Shown: positions 44,712 to 54,320, counted from the first letter of the stretch. The stretch is DNA of 64,000 bases from Candidatus Thorarchaeota archaeon (GCA_016933575.1 JAFGAR010000040.1:1-64000), one strand, 5' to 3'. The notes: generated by a model not told the origin, from the sequence alone. Translations and numbers: made by a program.

Positions 44712-47567
44712 CTAGTAATCTACAGTTGTTCCTCCCACTTCTAGTTGTGCCATTAGAACACCTATCCTATCAAAGGCTTTCTCGATGTCCATCCTCACAT
44801 CAATACTGTCCACGACTGAGAGATATTGACCTTGGGGGATATTCTCACAGATAGACTCAAGGAGTTCTTCAGTTGTCATTTGTTTTCCAGTCTTCTTGGA
44901 GCGGACTCGTTTTTCAACCGCTGCTTTCAGCTCCTGTCCCACTCCAATGACTATGAGATTCACATCAAGATGATTATCCCGAATGAATCCTTCAATGGTT
45001 AGTGGTCGGTTTCTCATCAGACGGTCTTTCTCCGTGAGAATACCCTTCAGAACATCTAGCGAGTATGTATCCGAACTATTGTCTTGACCATCCGTAAGAG
45101 CAATGACCCATCTGTGTTCACTTGACTCTATTTTATTGAGTTCTTCAAGTGCTCTACCAAGTGCATCGTAGAAGGCTGTTGCATAATTTGGATACTTTAA
45201 TGCACTAAGCGCTTTGAAGATAGGACTGTCTTCTTCATCATATTCTCCTTTTAATGTAAGGGGTAGAATTTCACGATACGATGAATTGAATATGATTATT
45301 GAAACAGAGTCCTGTGGATTGACTTGACTACGGATGATTTCCATAGCTCCATTGACGGCCGCCTTGATTCTCTGTTGTGCTTGCATACTTCCTGAATAGT
45401 CAATTACCAAAGTCACGCTCTTCTTGTAAAGAATCGAGCGTCTGAGTTTCTCAGCTTTTCTTCGCACATCATGACTTGGTTTATTCAACTGGTCGAGAAC
45501 ATCTGCAAGTTTTTGCATAGCAAAGACAACAAGCCACATCTCATCTGTTGATTCCGCAAAAGAGATAGCCTGGTTATAAGCATCTTCTGCTTTTCGCCAA
45601 TGTCCTTGGACTTGGTATAGTTGACCTTCATGATACTTGATGTAAGCCAAGCTTCTCTCATAACCAATAGATTTGGCAGTCTTCTTTGCTTCATCAAAAC
45701 GTGACTGTGCTTGACTATATCTGCCATCTCTCATGAATACAAGACCCATGGCATCATATCGTCTCGCAAGACCATAGGAATTCTTCAAAGTGAGGTCGAT
45801 AGCTTGGGCATCTTCAAGAAGTTTCATCGATTTCTCAACATTGCCTCTATCCATCTCAACGAGTGCCATATTATGATAGATAGAAGATATCCTCATCATT
45901 GCATCTTTCTCACTTCCACCTTCTTCCTTTGTCTTCTCCAATAATCTATTAGCAATGTCAAGCGATTGTTCATAATAGTCCATGGCATTTCCAGGGTCGC
46001 CTCGTTGTCTGAACACGTTGCCAATATTCAGTAGCATTGTTTGTTCACCGACATCAATCATGAGTCTTCGACTTATCTCGAGAAGATTCTGATAGTTAGC
46101 AAGAGCTCTTCTAAGGTCTCCACGGATAAATGCCTCATTTCCAAATCGCATGGCCTCTTGGAAACTTAGCAATGCATCGACCGTTGTTCCAACCTCTTCA
46201 TACATCGCGCCTGCAGTTGTCACACCTCTTGTGAAATCTTGACGTGACATCTTGTTTACTAGTCGAGTCATCTCAGATATTGGTTCAACAATTGCACGCC
46301 CTCTTCGTCTTGATACACTGAACACTACAGCTGATACTCCGGCAAGGATACCTCCAAGTACTGCAGTAAGAATTAGAGTTCTTGTAGCTACAAGATTGAG
46401 GATATTCGTTGCAGGTCCGATGACATCTGAGTCTGGAACAACAACTACCAGAATATAGTCTGTGCCTTCTATTTGAGCAAAAGAGAGATGCCAAGTACTG
46501 CTCTGTTTCTGATAGGTCAACAGTCCTGCTTCATCTACTAGGACATGGCTTGTCAAAAGACTATGGAATGCAGTAGCTTCCGCACTACCAGATGATCCAA
46601 ACTCAAGGGTTTCAATCGATGCAACTTCTTCATCGAGAGCCTGATCTTTATGTGCCACTACGTTGCCAGCTGTATCAAGCATGAAGGCATAGCCATTTGA
46701 TAACACATTGAGGTTTAGTACTCTATCAAGAATTGTAGCCATGGTCACATCTGCAGAAACAACACCGATGAGGGATCCATTGTCAAATCTTACAGGTCTT
46801 CCCATAGATATGACCAATCCCACAGGATCGACATAGGGAGCTGTGAGAATCACCTGGTCATTGCTAGGAGCAATTGAGGCCACATTGGTATACCACTCCT
46901 GAGCATTTGCATCATAATCAAGCCCTGGCCCATCATAATCTAGAAAATAACTAAGGTCGTCAAAAGGATAGTTCTTGAAAAGGTGTTGATCTGAAACCGC
47001 TAAATCGTATCCCATGTACAACCACTTGTAATCATTGTTCATCTCATGAAGTGCTTTGAAAATGTTAATCATATTTGAAGAATAATCCAAGGCAACTTGT
47101 GTACTGGATGAAAAATCGTGAGGATCATTATTGTTCCATTCTGATCTTGGAATGAAATAGCAGTCAGCTGCAAATGAGATGTATTCTGATTCGTATGCTT
47201 CGACTATTGCATCATCGGTTTCAAATGTTCCAAGCAAGTCTGACCAATGCGGTTCTTCATTAATGTCCCAATAATAGCTATATTGCGGGGAGGCAGAAAT
47301 TCTACCATTAAACAAATCCTCACAATAAGCCTCCATCATAAACACACCATCGACATAGCTTTGCCATCGCTCTCCGATGAAGAGAGCTGTGTCATTGGAT
47401 AGCCTCTGGAGGTTTGCTAATTCCTCAGATTTGAGAGCCTCCGCTGCATCTCCTGCATTAGCATTTGCAACGGTGAAAATCTCACCCATTGATAATGCGG
47501 ATATCGCTAGCATTGGAACCAAAGCAACGACGATGAATGTGACTACTATTCTCTTTGAGATGTCCAT
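44712..47567 (-). CDS. Two-TM dCache-HAMP-TPR-vWA membrane receptor
   Basis: TM1; dCache (YDANAQEWY..APYVD..SADV); TM2; HAMP (IVEPI..EEVG); about 5-6 TPRs (NIGNVFRQRGD..AMDYYEQSL); vWA with MIDAS DYSGS, TAFYDA, LTDG. Confidence 0.85.
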   Translation of the reverse strand: MDISKRIVVTFIVVALVPMLAISALSMGEIFTVANANAGDAAEALKSEELANLQRLSNDTALFIGERWQSYVDGVFMMEAYCEDLFNGRISASPQYSYYWDINEEPHWSDLLGTFETDDAIVEAYESEYISFAADCYFIPRSEWNNNDPHDFSSSTQVALDYSSNMINIFKALHEMNNDYKWLYMGYDLAVSDQHLFKNYPFDDLSYFLDYDGPGLDYDANAQEWYTNVASIAPSNDQVILTAPYVDPVGLVISMGRPVRFDNGSLIGVVSADVTMATILDRVLNLNVLSNGYAFMLDTAGNVVAHKDQALDEEVASIETLEFGSSGSAEATAFHSLLTSHVLVDEAGLLTYQKQSSTWHLSFAQIEGTDYILVVVVPDSDVIGPATNILNLVATRTLILTAVLGGILAGVSAVVFSVSRRRGRAIVEPISEMTRLVNKMSRQDFTRGVTTAGAMYEEVGTTVDALLSFQEAMRFGNEAFIRGDLRRALANYQNLLEISRRLMIDVGEQTMLLNIGNVFRQRGDPGNAMDYYEQSLDIANRLLEKTKEEGGSEKDAMMRISSIYHNMALVEMDRGNVEKSMKLLEDAQAIDLTLKNSYGLARRYDAMGLVFMRDGRYSQAQSRFDEAKKTAKSIGYERSLAYIKYHEGQLYQVQGHWRKAEDAYNQAISFAESTDEMWLVVFAMQKLADVLDQLNKPSHDVRRKAEKLRRSILYKKSVTLVIDYSGSMQAQQRIKAAVNGAMEIIRSQVNPQDSVSIIIFNSSYREILPLTLKGEYDEEDSPIFKALSALKYPNYATAFYDALGRALEELNKIESSEHRWVIALTDGQDNSSDTYSLDVLKGILTEKDRLMRNRPLTIEGFIRDNHLDVNLIVIGVGQELKAAVEKRVRSKKTGKQMTTEELLESICENIPQGQYLSVVDSIDVRMDIEKAFDRIGVLMAQLEVGGTTVDY

Positions 47568-47634
47568 CTTCTCTTTCTCCCTTTGATTCTATGAATTATC
47601 ATTGTGTTAACATCAATTTCCAAACCTATCTTCC

Positions 47635-49080
47635 CTACCTTGCTTGTGCGTTTAATTCCTCTATCAATTTCTCTGTAAAATCCCGTAGGTCCATTTTTTC
47701 ATCCAGGATGAATAGGTCTCCTTCAAGTGTCCCTTTGACTGCACCTTCACCCAGAAGTATGATGAGAGTCCTACGAAGTATTCGTCGATCAACTCCAGTT
47801 TCTCTCTCCATCCGAGAAACATCAACACTGTCAGTTCCTTGCAATAGACTATAAAGTGTAGAACGTATCTTCGAAATATCTTGCTCCTGAAGTTTCCTTA
47901 TTCCTTTGAGTTTCTTGGTTTCTGTCCGTACAAATGTACTTCCATCAATATGTCCATCAATATCATTACACTGTATCATTGCCTGTAGACTACGGCGTAG
48001 ATTATAGGCAGCAGGTCTTGGAAGCGTTTTTCTGAGGATTCGATCAAGCTCCTTCAACTTGATTATATTATGCTTAGACGTGATAGAATCGATACTCTCT
48101 TGGATATATTCCTCAATGACATACTCCTCTATCATCTGGAGAGCTGCACCGCATGCACTGCATTTTGCGGCCTCTGGCGAGGTAGGAGCCCCACAATTCC
48201 CACATTTTATCGCTCTTCTATAGAGTATCTCCTTTGTCGAACCTATTTGTTGAAGAATCACCTGTTCAGTCCTGCTTGCTTTTCCTGTCTGTCCGATTTC
48301 CCAAAAACTAAGTTTCCTATCCTTTGTACTGACCACGAGATATGCAATATCGGAGATGTCATCTGGTACTCCTGTCGCCATTGCTCTTGGGATGTCGCCA
48401 ATATCTATTCGAGTTACTTCATTTCCATCAATATCCCAGACTCTAAGTGTCGGTGATAGGTCTCCGGTAACGAAGAGAGTTCTCTTTTCGAAAGATAGAA
48501 CTGCAAACACCATGATTCTATCACCGAGCTGGAGTTCTCGTAGTTGATAACCAGCAGCTGTCAAAATCGTAATCTTTCCGGTCTTGTCTGCAATAACCGT
48601 TTCAAGCTCTGTATCGTGTGTGATATCTTCTAGCCAGACATCAGCAATTGGCTGGTCGACATTTCTTGTGAAGATTGTATCCTTATCATCATTGTAAAGA
48701 ACTACTCTATTGTTTTCCAGTGCGACCACAACTTCTGCAGCATCATCCCCATCGATGTCTCGTGCATCACAGGCAATCACATCGCTCTCAAGTCGGATGT
48801 TCCAAACTGTACTTCCTCTATGGTCAACAACAAGTACTTTTTTGCCAACCCCGCCAACAAGAGAATCTGTTCCCTCTCCTTCAACATCTGCAACAGCGAT
48901 ACATCTGACCTTACTCGACCATTTTCTGGTGCTTGTGAGTGTACCCTTCGCATCGAAAACTCTTAGTCTATCTCCATAATCAAGGGAGAATACCTGTGTA
49001 CTTGAATCTCTTCGTTGTCTTACATAGACCGAATATACATTTGCAGCAATAGGTACACTTGCAACAGCGCGAATCTTCAA
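47635..49080 (-). CDS. Cytoplasmic FG-GAP/BBS2-like beta-propeller plus double zinc ribbon plus two PCI-like winged helices
   Basis: DVEGEG, DIDGDDAAE and DITHDTELE loops; CGNCG..CSACG; LQAMI..IDGHID and LIILLGEGAVKGTLE winged-helix ends; no signal peptide. Confidence 0.65.
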   Translation of the reverse strand: MKIRAVASVPIAANVYSVYVRQRRDSSTQVFSLDYGDRLRVFDAKGTLTSTRKWSSKVRCIAVADVEGEGTDSLVGGVGKKVLVVDHRGSTVWNIRLESDVIACDARDIDGDDAAEVVVALENNRVVLYNDDKDTIFTRNVDQPIADVWLEDITHDTELETVIADKTGKITILTAAGYQLRELQLGDRIMVFAVLSFEKRTLFVTGDLSPTLRVWDIDGNEVTRIDIGDIPRAMATGVPDDISDIAYLVVSTKDRKLSFWEIGQTGKASRTEQVILQQIGSTKEILYRRAIKCGNCGAPTSPEAAKCSACGAALQMIEEYVIEEYIQESIDSITSKHNIIKLKELDRILRKTLPRPAAYNLRRSLQAMIQCNDIDGHIDGSTFVRTETKKLKGIRKLQEQDISKIRSTLYSLLQGTDSVDVSRMERETGVDRRILRRTLIILLGEGAVKGTLEGDLFILDEKMDLRDFTEKLIEELNAQAR

Positions 49081-49147
49081 ATCGTTGATAGCACCTATTG
49101 GGAAAATTGTTGCATAGCCATATAAGTATACATAGATTTCGAGTAAA

Positions 49148-50227
49148 ATGATGACAAACTCCGGTCAATGTAGAATTGGCTTCCTCTGGAGTCCACTCCT
49201 AGAAACATTTGATTTCGGACGAAAGCATCCTATTCGAGTAGGCCGATTCAAACTACTACGAGACTTTGTAGATGAAGTTGGATTTCTAGATCTTCCGAAT
49301 GTTGAAGTCATTACCCCTGAACTTCTATCTGAAGATCTTTTAAAAACCATTCACTCGGAGGAATATATCGCAAAAGTCCAACAGATTTCTGAAACAGGAA
49401 TTGGTGATATTGATATAGATACTCCGGGATTCAGAAATATTTACTTCAATTCTCGAATTGTATCTGGAGCTTCAGTTACTGGGATTAAATCAGTGCAGTC
49501 TGGACTGGTAGATCACTTTGTTTCCCCAACTGGTGGCTTCCATCACGCCAAGTTTGGCGCTGGTGGCGGCTTTTGTATTTTCAATGATATTGCTGCTTGT
49601 GTTTATGAACTGAAGAATCAGGGAATCAAAAGAGTGCTAATAGCCGATTTTGATGTTCACCATGGCAACGGTACACAGACCTATTTCTATAATGATCCCG
49701 AAGTAATGCAGATCTCATTTCATGAGGACCCTGAATGGATGTTTCCACATGATGGATACATTCAGGATATTGGAGAAGGCTCTGGTCGTGGATACAATAT
49801 CAATATGCCTTTTCCAATGGACTCGGGAGATGCTGTCTATCGCTATGCTTTTGATGAATTGATCCCCCCATTAGTTGACTCCTATCAACCTGAGTTTATC
49901 ATCTTTATACCTGGTTTTGATGCTCACTACAAAGATCGTCTTGCTCATCTCACTCTAACAACTGACATGATACGATACATCGCATCTACAATCCATGATT
50001 TCGCTCATGAATACAGTTCTGGAAAATTAGGTGTCGTCACTGGTGGCGGTTATCACCATGAATCTCTCTGTTGGGGTCTTGGTACGGTTATGTCTGTTCT
50101 CTCTGGCTTGGACTTTGAACCACCCCCACAGCAACCACCATTTGATGATAATGAAGAAACTTGGGAAGAAGTAAAAAATAATGTGGCTCTCGTGAAAGAC
50201 CTCATCTTTCCAATTTTCAATCTCTGA
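49148..50227 (+). CDS. Zn-dependent histone deacetylase superfamily protein (AcuC/acetylpolyamine amidohydrolase-like)
   Basis: GGFHHA, GFCIFND, DFDVHHGNGTQ, SFHE, GFDAH, GGGY. Confidence 0.92.
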   Translation: MMTNSGQCRIGFLWSPLLETFDFGRKHPIRVGRFKLLRDFVDEVGFLDLPNVEVITPELLSEDLLKTIHSEEYIAKVQQISETGIGDIDIDTPGFRNIYFNSRIVSGASVTGIKSVQSGLVDHFVSPTGGFHHAKFGAGGGFCIFNDIAACVYELKNQGIKRVLIADFDVHHGNGTQTYFYNDPEVMQISFHEDPEWMFPHDGYIQDIGEGSGRGYNINMPFPMDSGDAVYRYAFDELIPPLVDSYQPEFIIFIPGFDAHYKDRLAHLTLTTDMIRYIASTIHDFAHEYSSGKLGVVTGGGYHHESLCWGLGTVMSVLSGLDFEPPPQQPPFDDNEETWEEVKNNVALVKDLIFPIFNL

Positions 50228-50230
50228 TTG

Positions 50231-51127
50231 TTATCCAGGTCTCCAAAAATCAAGTATGTACTCATAGGTTGTTGAGAGCGTGATATAATTCGAAGGCCAA
50301 CCAAAGATACCAGCTTTATTCACGATATTCCTTCTATCCCAGATAATGGTATTTCGAAGTTCATAACCTGCATTTTGAAGAGCATTCGTTACATGGATGT
50401 GAGCAGGAATACGTTTTCCCTTCCACCAATAGTCGGTGATATTGATAACGCATCGGCCTCTTGGTTTCAATAGGGGAAGGATGCCCTTGAAGATGTCCTG
50501 AATAGCCAAAGAATATTCTTTGATATTCATAGTTCCTAAATCTGCTGGATGATCTGAATATTGTTGGACCTGCAAATAGTGCTCATCATCTCTTAGGTCT
50601 CCTCTTATGCTCTTGTTTTTTCGCTTACGATTCAGAAGATTAGCATATGGTGGTGACGTAATACAGAGACTAACTGTTTCCTCCTCGAAATAATCTCCAA
50701 TGTTCAAGGCGTCTGCACATATTGCTATCTGATTAGAGGTCTTCTTTGTTGTTTCTAACAATCTGTTGTTGCTGAGGTCAACGTACTCCTTTTTTAGATC
50801 GAAACCAACTGCATTTCTATCCAAATCCTGAGCAGCTAATAATGTCGTTCCTGAGCCAACAAACGGATCTAACACTAGCTCTCCTCTGTGAGTAAACAGG
50901 TTGATGCATTTAGATGGAAGTGCAATTGGAAAGACTGCAGGATGAATTTTCTTGTCACGTATGTCTCTCTTTTCATAGTAGAACTCCCAGACAGCAATCT
51001 GGTGTTGAAGCCACTCTTTTGCAGATAGGCAATTAATATGGTTCGATGGGCACCCACATGTCCGCTCATGTCGGATTCTGAGAGGTTTTGATATCTCCAA
51101 AGGTATCCCGTACCTACATAATCTCAC
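50231..51127 (-). CDS. Orphan amino-DNA methyltransferase (N4C/N6A), permuted motif order
   Basis: HPAVFP, then DPFVGSGTT, then TSPPY. Confidence 0.88.
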   Translation of the reverse strand: MRLCRYGIPLEISKPLRIRHERTCGCPSNHINCLSAKEWLQHQIAVWEFYYEKRDIRDKKIHPAVFPIALPSKCINLFTHRGELVLDPFVGSGTTLLAAQDLDRNAVGFDLKKEYVDLSNNRLLETTKKTSNQIAICADALNIGDYFEEETVSLCITSPPYANLLNRKRKNKSIRGDLRDDEHYLQVQQYSDHPADLGTMNIKEYSLAIQDIFKGILPLLKPRGRCVINITDYWWKGKRIPAHIHVTNALQNAGYELRNTIIWDRRNIVNKAGIFGWPSNYITLSTTYEYILDFWRPG

Positions 51128-51803
51128 TCATCAATTTTCGGGCAAGATCAATAGCACTCATTGCATCTCTTCCAAACGCATCAGCGCCTGTATAATCCAC
51201 AACATTCTGATCGATGTCTCCCCCACCTATCATTACCTTTACTTTGTCACGCAATCCCGCCTCTTGAAGGGCTTCAACTGTCCTCTTCATTACATCATGA
51301 GTGGTTGTAATCAATCCACTTAATGCAAGGACTCTCGCTTGAGTTTCCTCTATTTTTTGAACGAATCTTTCAGGTGCTACATCTTCACCAAGGTCATACA
51401 CTTCGAATCCATTGGCTTTCAGGAAAGCTACTACTAGATTCTTCCCAATATAATGAACATCTCCCTGGACAGTCCCAATTACTACTTTCCCACTCTCATT
51501 CTCTCGCTGTGTTGATAGTAAGACCGGTTCTAATTTTTGCATTGCTCGCTTGAAGACATCTGCTGACATGACGAGTTCAACTAGAAAATATTCATTCTTT
51601 GAGAATCGTTCACCAACAATGTCCATACCTTTCTTCAAGGCGTCAAGAATTTGGAATGGGTCTATTCTCTCAGATATATAGGTGTCAACTAGGTTGAGGA
51701 TTTTGGATTCATCGATCTCTGCCATTGCTTCCATTAACTCTGTCATTGTGCATTGACCATCCAGTTCATTTCTAAGCGTTCTAACTCTTATATTTGGCAT
51801 CAT
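51114..51803 (-). CDS. Corrinoid (B12-binding) methyltransferase cognate protein
   Basis: Cap domain GMDIVGERF..EYFL.EL; GDVHYIGKN (DxHxxG); LSGL; IGGG. Confidence 0.93.
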   Translation of the reverse strand: MMPNIRVRTLRNELDGQCTMTELMEAMAEIDESKILNLVDTYISERIDPFQILDALKKGMDIVGERFSKNEYFLVELVMSADVFKRAMQKLEPVLLSTQRENESGKVVIGTVQGDVHYIGKNLVVAFLKANGFEVYDLGEDVAPERFVQKIEETQARVLALSGLITTTHDVMKRTVEALQEAGLRDKVKVMIGGGDIDQNVVDYTGADAFGRDAMSAIDLARKLMSEIM

Positions 51804-51813
51804 ATATCTTTCA

Positions 51814-53406
51814 TCATGGTAGCTTGATTGATTCGATGAAGGTCTTTTGGAAGTCGCTATGGGATGCCAGTTCTATATAGTGAACACTCTCAATTATGTG
51901 GTCCGCATGTCTTCGACTTTCTGATGAAAGAAGAAGTCCTTTAGCTCCTTCTCCGGCAGCATTACCTACTGGAACTATCTTTGACACATCTATTTGAGGT
52001 AGAAGTCCAATCGCAGTGGCACTTATTGGATTGATGTAATTGCCAAACGCTCCTGCTAACAAAACACGGGCTATATCTCCTCGGGAGATTTCCAAGCTCT
52101 TGAGAAGCAACATAGTTCCTGCTTGAATTGCCGCTTTTGCCAGTTGTATTTGCCTGACATCTCTCTGTGTGAAAATGATTCGTTTCTCTTCTTTCGCCTC
52201 TTCTGAATCAACAACAACGTAGGAAAGTCCATGATCAGCATCTTCGATAACTCTCTTCGATACCTTCTGCATCCTCCCATTCTGGTCTAGGATTCGAATA
52301 CGTCTTAACTCTGCTACAATATCTATGATGGCTGAGCCACAGATTCCCTGTGGATTGGCATTCCCAATGACACTGATCTCTGGTATGTCGTCGATTCCAT
52401 GTATTTGGAAATGCTCTATCGCTCCATTCTGACCCCGCATACCTTGAAAGATAGTAGCACCTTCAAAGGCTGGTCCTGCGGCAGCGGAACAACAAAATAA
52501 CTGACCATCTGTAGCGAGAACAATCTCACCATTTGTACCAATATCTATTCCGAGTACCACATCCTTTACAGAATCAAGTTGCTGAGATAGAATGAAAGCG
52601 ACTGTATCTCCTCCAACAAAACCTGCTATATTCGGTGCTACGTAGACCTCGCAATTCGGATTAATATTTAGATTGATATCTACTCCTCTCATTGTTACAG
52701 CTTCTTTAACTGTAGGAGTATATGGTGCAAATGCCAGTGGTCTCACCTCAGTTCCTAAAAACAGGTGATTCATAGCAGTATTCCCAACTACTGATATTCT
52801 GGTTAACGCTGATGGGTCTAAATCTGCAGTTTCATAAAGCACCATTACCAACCGGTTAATCTCTTTGAGAATGGTATTCCGAAGAAGATGGATTCCGTCT
52901 TCCTGTCTTATCGCATATGCGATTCTTGACATAACATCTTCTCCAAAAGCAGTCTGAGGATTTAGAGATGATATTTGTGCTATCTGAACTCCATTTACTA
53001 AATCCATCAGGTATGCAGCAATTGTTGTTGTCCCGAGGTCAAAGGCAATACCATAATGGCCTTCTTGATATTTGTCAATATCCCACTTCCTCGATACTCC
53101 CTCGGATAGTATCTTAACATCTTCAAGTTGATATGGCACGAGAACACGAATCGGTTCTTCCACAACATGTTGACACGCTAGTCTGAATCCCTGCTGAAGT
53201 TCTTCAGATTGGATATGTTGAGCATCTCTCTCTGTTGGCATACTAGGCGGTTGAACAATGATTTTGCATTTGCCGCAAGAACCGATTCCTCCACAATCAG
53301 CTAAGATATGGAGTCCCACTTCTCGTGCAGCGTCCAGGATGGTCTTTGAAGAATCCACAGAGATCTTCAAACCAGAAGGTTCGAATATCACTAGATGCTT
53401 GTTCAT
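51814..53406 (-). CDS. Reductive activator of corrinoid proteins (RACo/RamA-like, 2Fe-2S plus ASKHA)
   Basis: CGGIGSCGKC..RLACQ, DLGTTT, GEDVMSRI, DIGTNGE, AAGPAFEG, GICGS, AGAFG. Confidence 0.92.
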   Translation of the reverse strand: MNKHLVIFEPSGLKISVDSSKTILDAAREVGLHILADCGGIGSCGKCKIIVQPPSMPTERDAQHIQSEELQQGFRLACQHVVEEPIRVLVPYQLEDVKILSEGVSRKWDIDKYQEGHYGIAFDLGTTTIAAYLMDLVNGVQIAQISSLNPQTAFGEDVMSRIAYAIRQEDGIHLLRNTILKEINRLVMVLYETADLDPSALTRISVVGNTAMNHLFLGTEVRPLAFAPYTPTVKEAVTMRGVDINLNINPNCEVYVAPNIAGFVGGDTVAFILSQQLDSVKDVVLGIDIGTNGEIVLATDGQLFCCSAAAGPAFEGATIFQGMRGQNGAIEHFQIHGIDDIPEISVIGNANPQGICGSAIIDIVAELRRIRILDQNGRMQKVSKRVIEDADHGLSYVVVDSEEAKEEKRIIFTQRDVRQIQLAKAAIQAGTMLLLKSLEISRGDIARVLLAGAFGNYINPISATAIGLLPQIDVSKIVPVGNAAGEGAKGLLLSSESRRHADHIIESVHYIELASHSDFQKTFIESIKLP

Positions 53407-53414
53407 AAGATCAC

Positions 53415-54320
53415 TTATCCTATTCTAAAACGTGGGTGGTTCCTATCAGGTCGAATACCATCTTCCAACAACATTCCTGATAGAGCAGTATCAATCATAG
53501 CTATCGACGGGAACACAATTCCAGCGTTCTTGATTGGCCCATAGAGAACAAAGTCTGCACCTAGAACTACTGGCATCAGACTAGAACCCACTAAGGCTGG
53601 TCTTTTAGCTTCTTTACCAAATTTCTGAGTAAGACCTGCCCATGTATTCACAGAATTGTGAGCTCCGCAACCTACAGGATATCCAAGTGTTTCTTTAATA
53701 GTCCCCAGTGCTTTGCACGCAAGTCCAAGGGTCAACATATCAACAACACCTGTATCTATCATAATATTATCAATCCCAACGCTCTTCACACGTTCAACTA
53801 GTTTATTGGCTAAATCTACTCTCTTACTTGCAGACGCCATGGATTCGCTATCAAAAGCTAGGAGTATTGCATTCTTCAATCCCAGCTCTTTTACATGTTC
53901 AAGTGTTGAATCACCAGTTTCAGGGATGATAGAGTTTAGGACAACTCGGTCCAAGATATCCAAGTTACGGGCAACCTCGAGTCCTGAAATATTAACCTCA
54001 TTAGAACCTGAGCCATCAATTAGAAGGGGCATATCTGTTATATCTGCCAGGTAACTGAGATAGTTTCTCATTGCTTCCGGAGTAGTAGCTACAACATCTA
54101 GCATACTCGGAAGTCCGGTTGTTTCAGAAACATTAGTCAATTTATAGAGTTCGTCTTCAACTATAGACTTGTTAATGGTTCCAGTTCTATCATTCTCTAC
54201 AGATTTATCTTTCGAGTAGAATATAGAGCCAATTAGGACTGTTGGTTCCAGTCCTGGTCTTCCTCCCACATGAACCTCTCCAATTTGAAGAACCCGTTGT
54301 TCTGTTGAGAAATGATTCAT
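53415..54320 (-). CDS. MtrH/MtgA-family methylcorrinoid:pterin methyltransferase
   Basis: IGEVHVGGRPG..PTVLIGSIFY, GCGAHN, GADFVLYGPI; in an operon with RACo and the corrinoid protein. Confidence 0.88.
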   Translation of the reverse strand: MNHFSTEQRVLQIGEVHVGGRPGLEPTVLIGSIFYSKDKSVENDRTGTINKSIVEDELYKLTNVSETTGLPSMLDVVATTPEAMRNYLSYLADITDMPLLIDGSGSNEVNISGLEVARNLDILDRVVLNSIIPETGDSTLEHVKELGLKNAILLAFDSESMASASKRVDLANKLVERVKSVGIDNIMIDTGVVDMLTLGLACKALGTIKETLGYPVGCGAHNSVNTWAGLTQKFGKEAKRPALVGSSLMPVVLGADFVLYGPIKNAGIVFPSIAMIDTALSGMLLEDGIRPDRNHPRFRIG

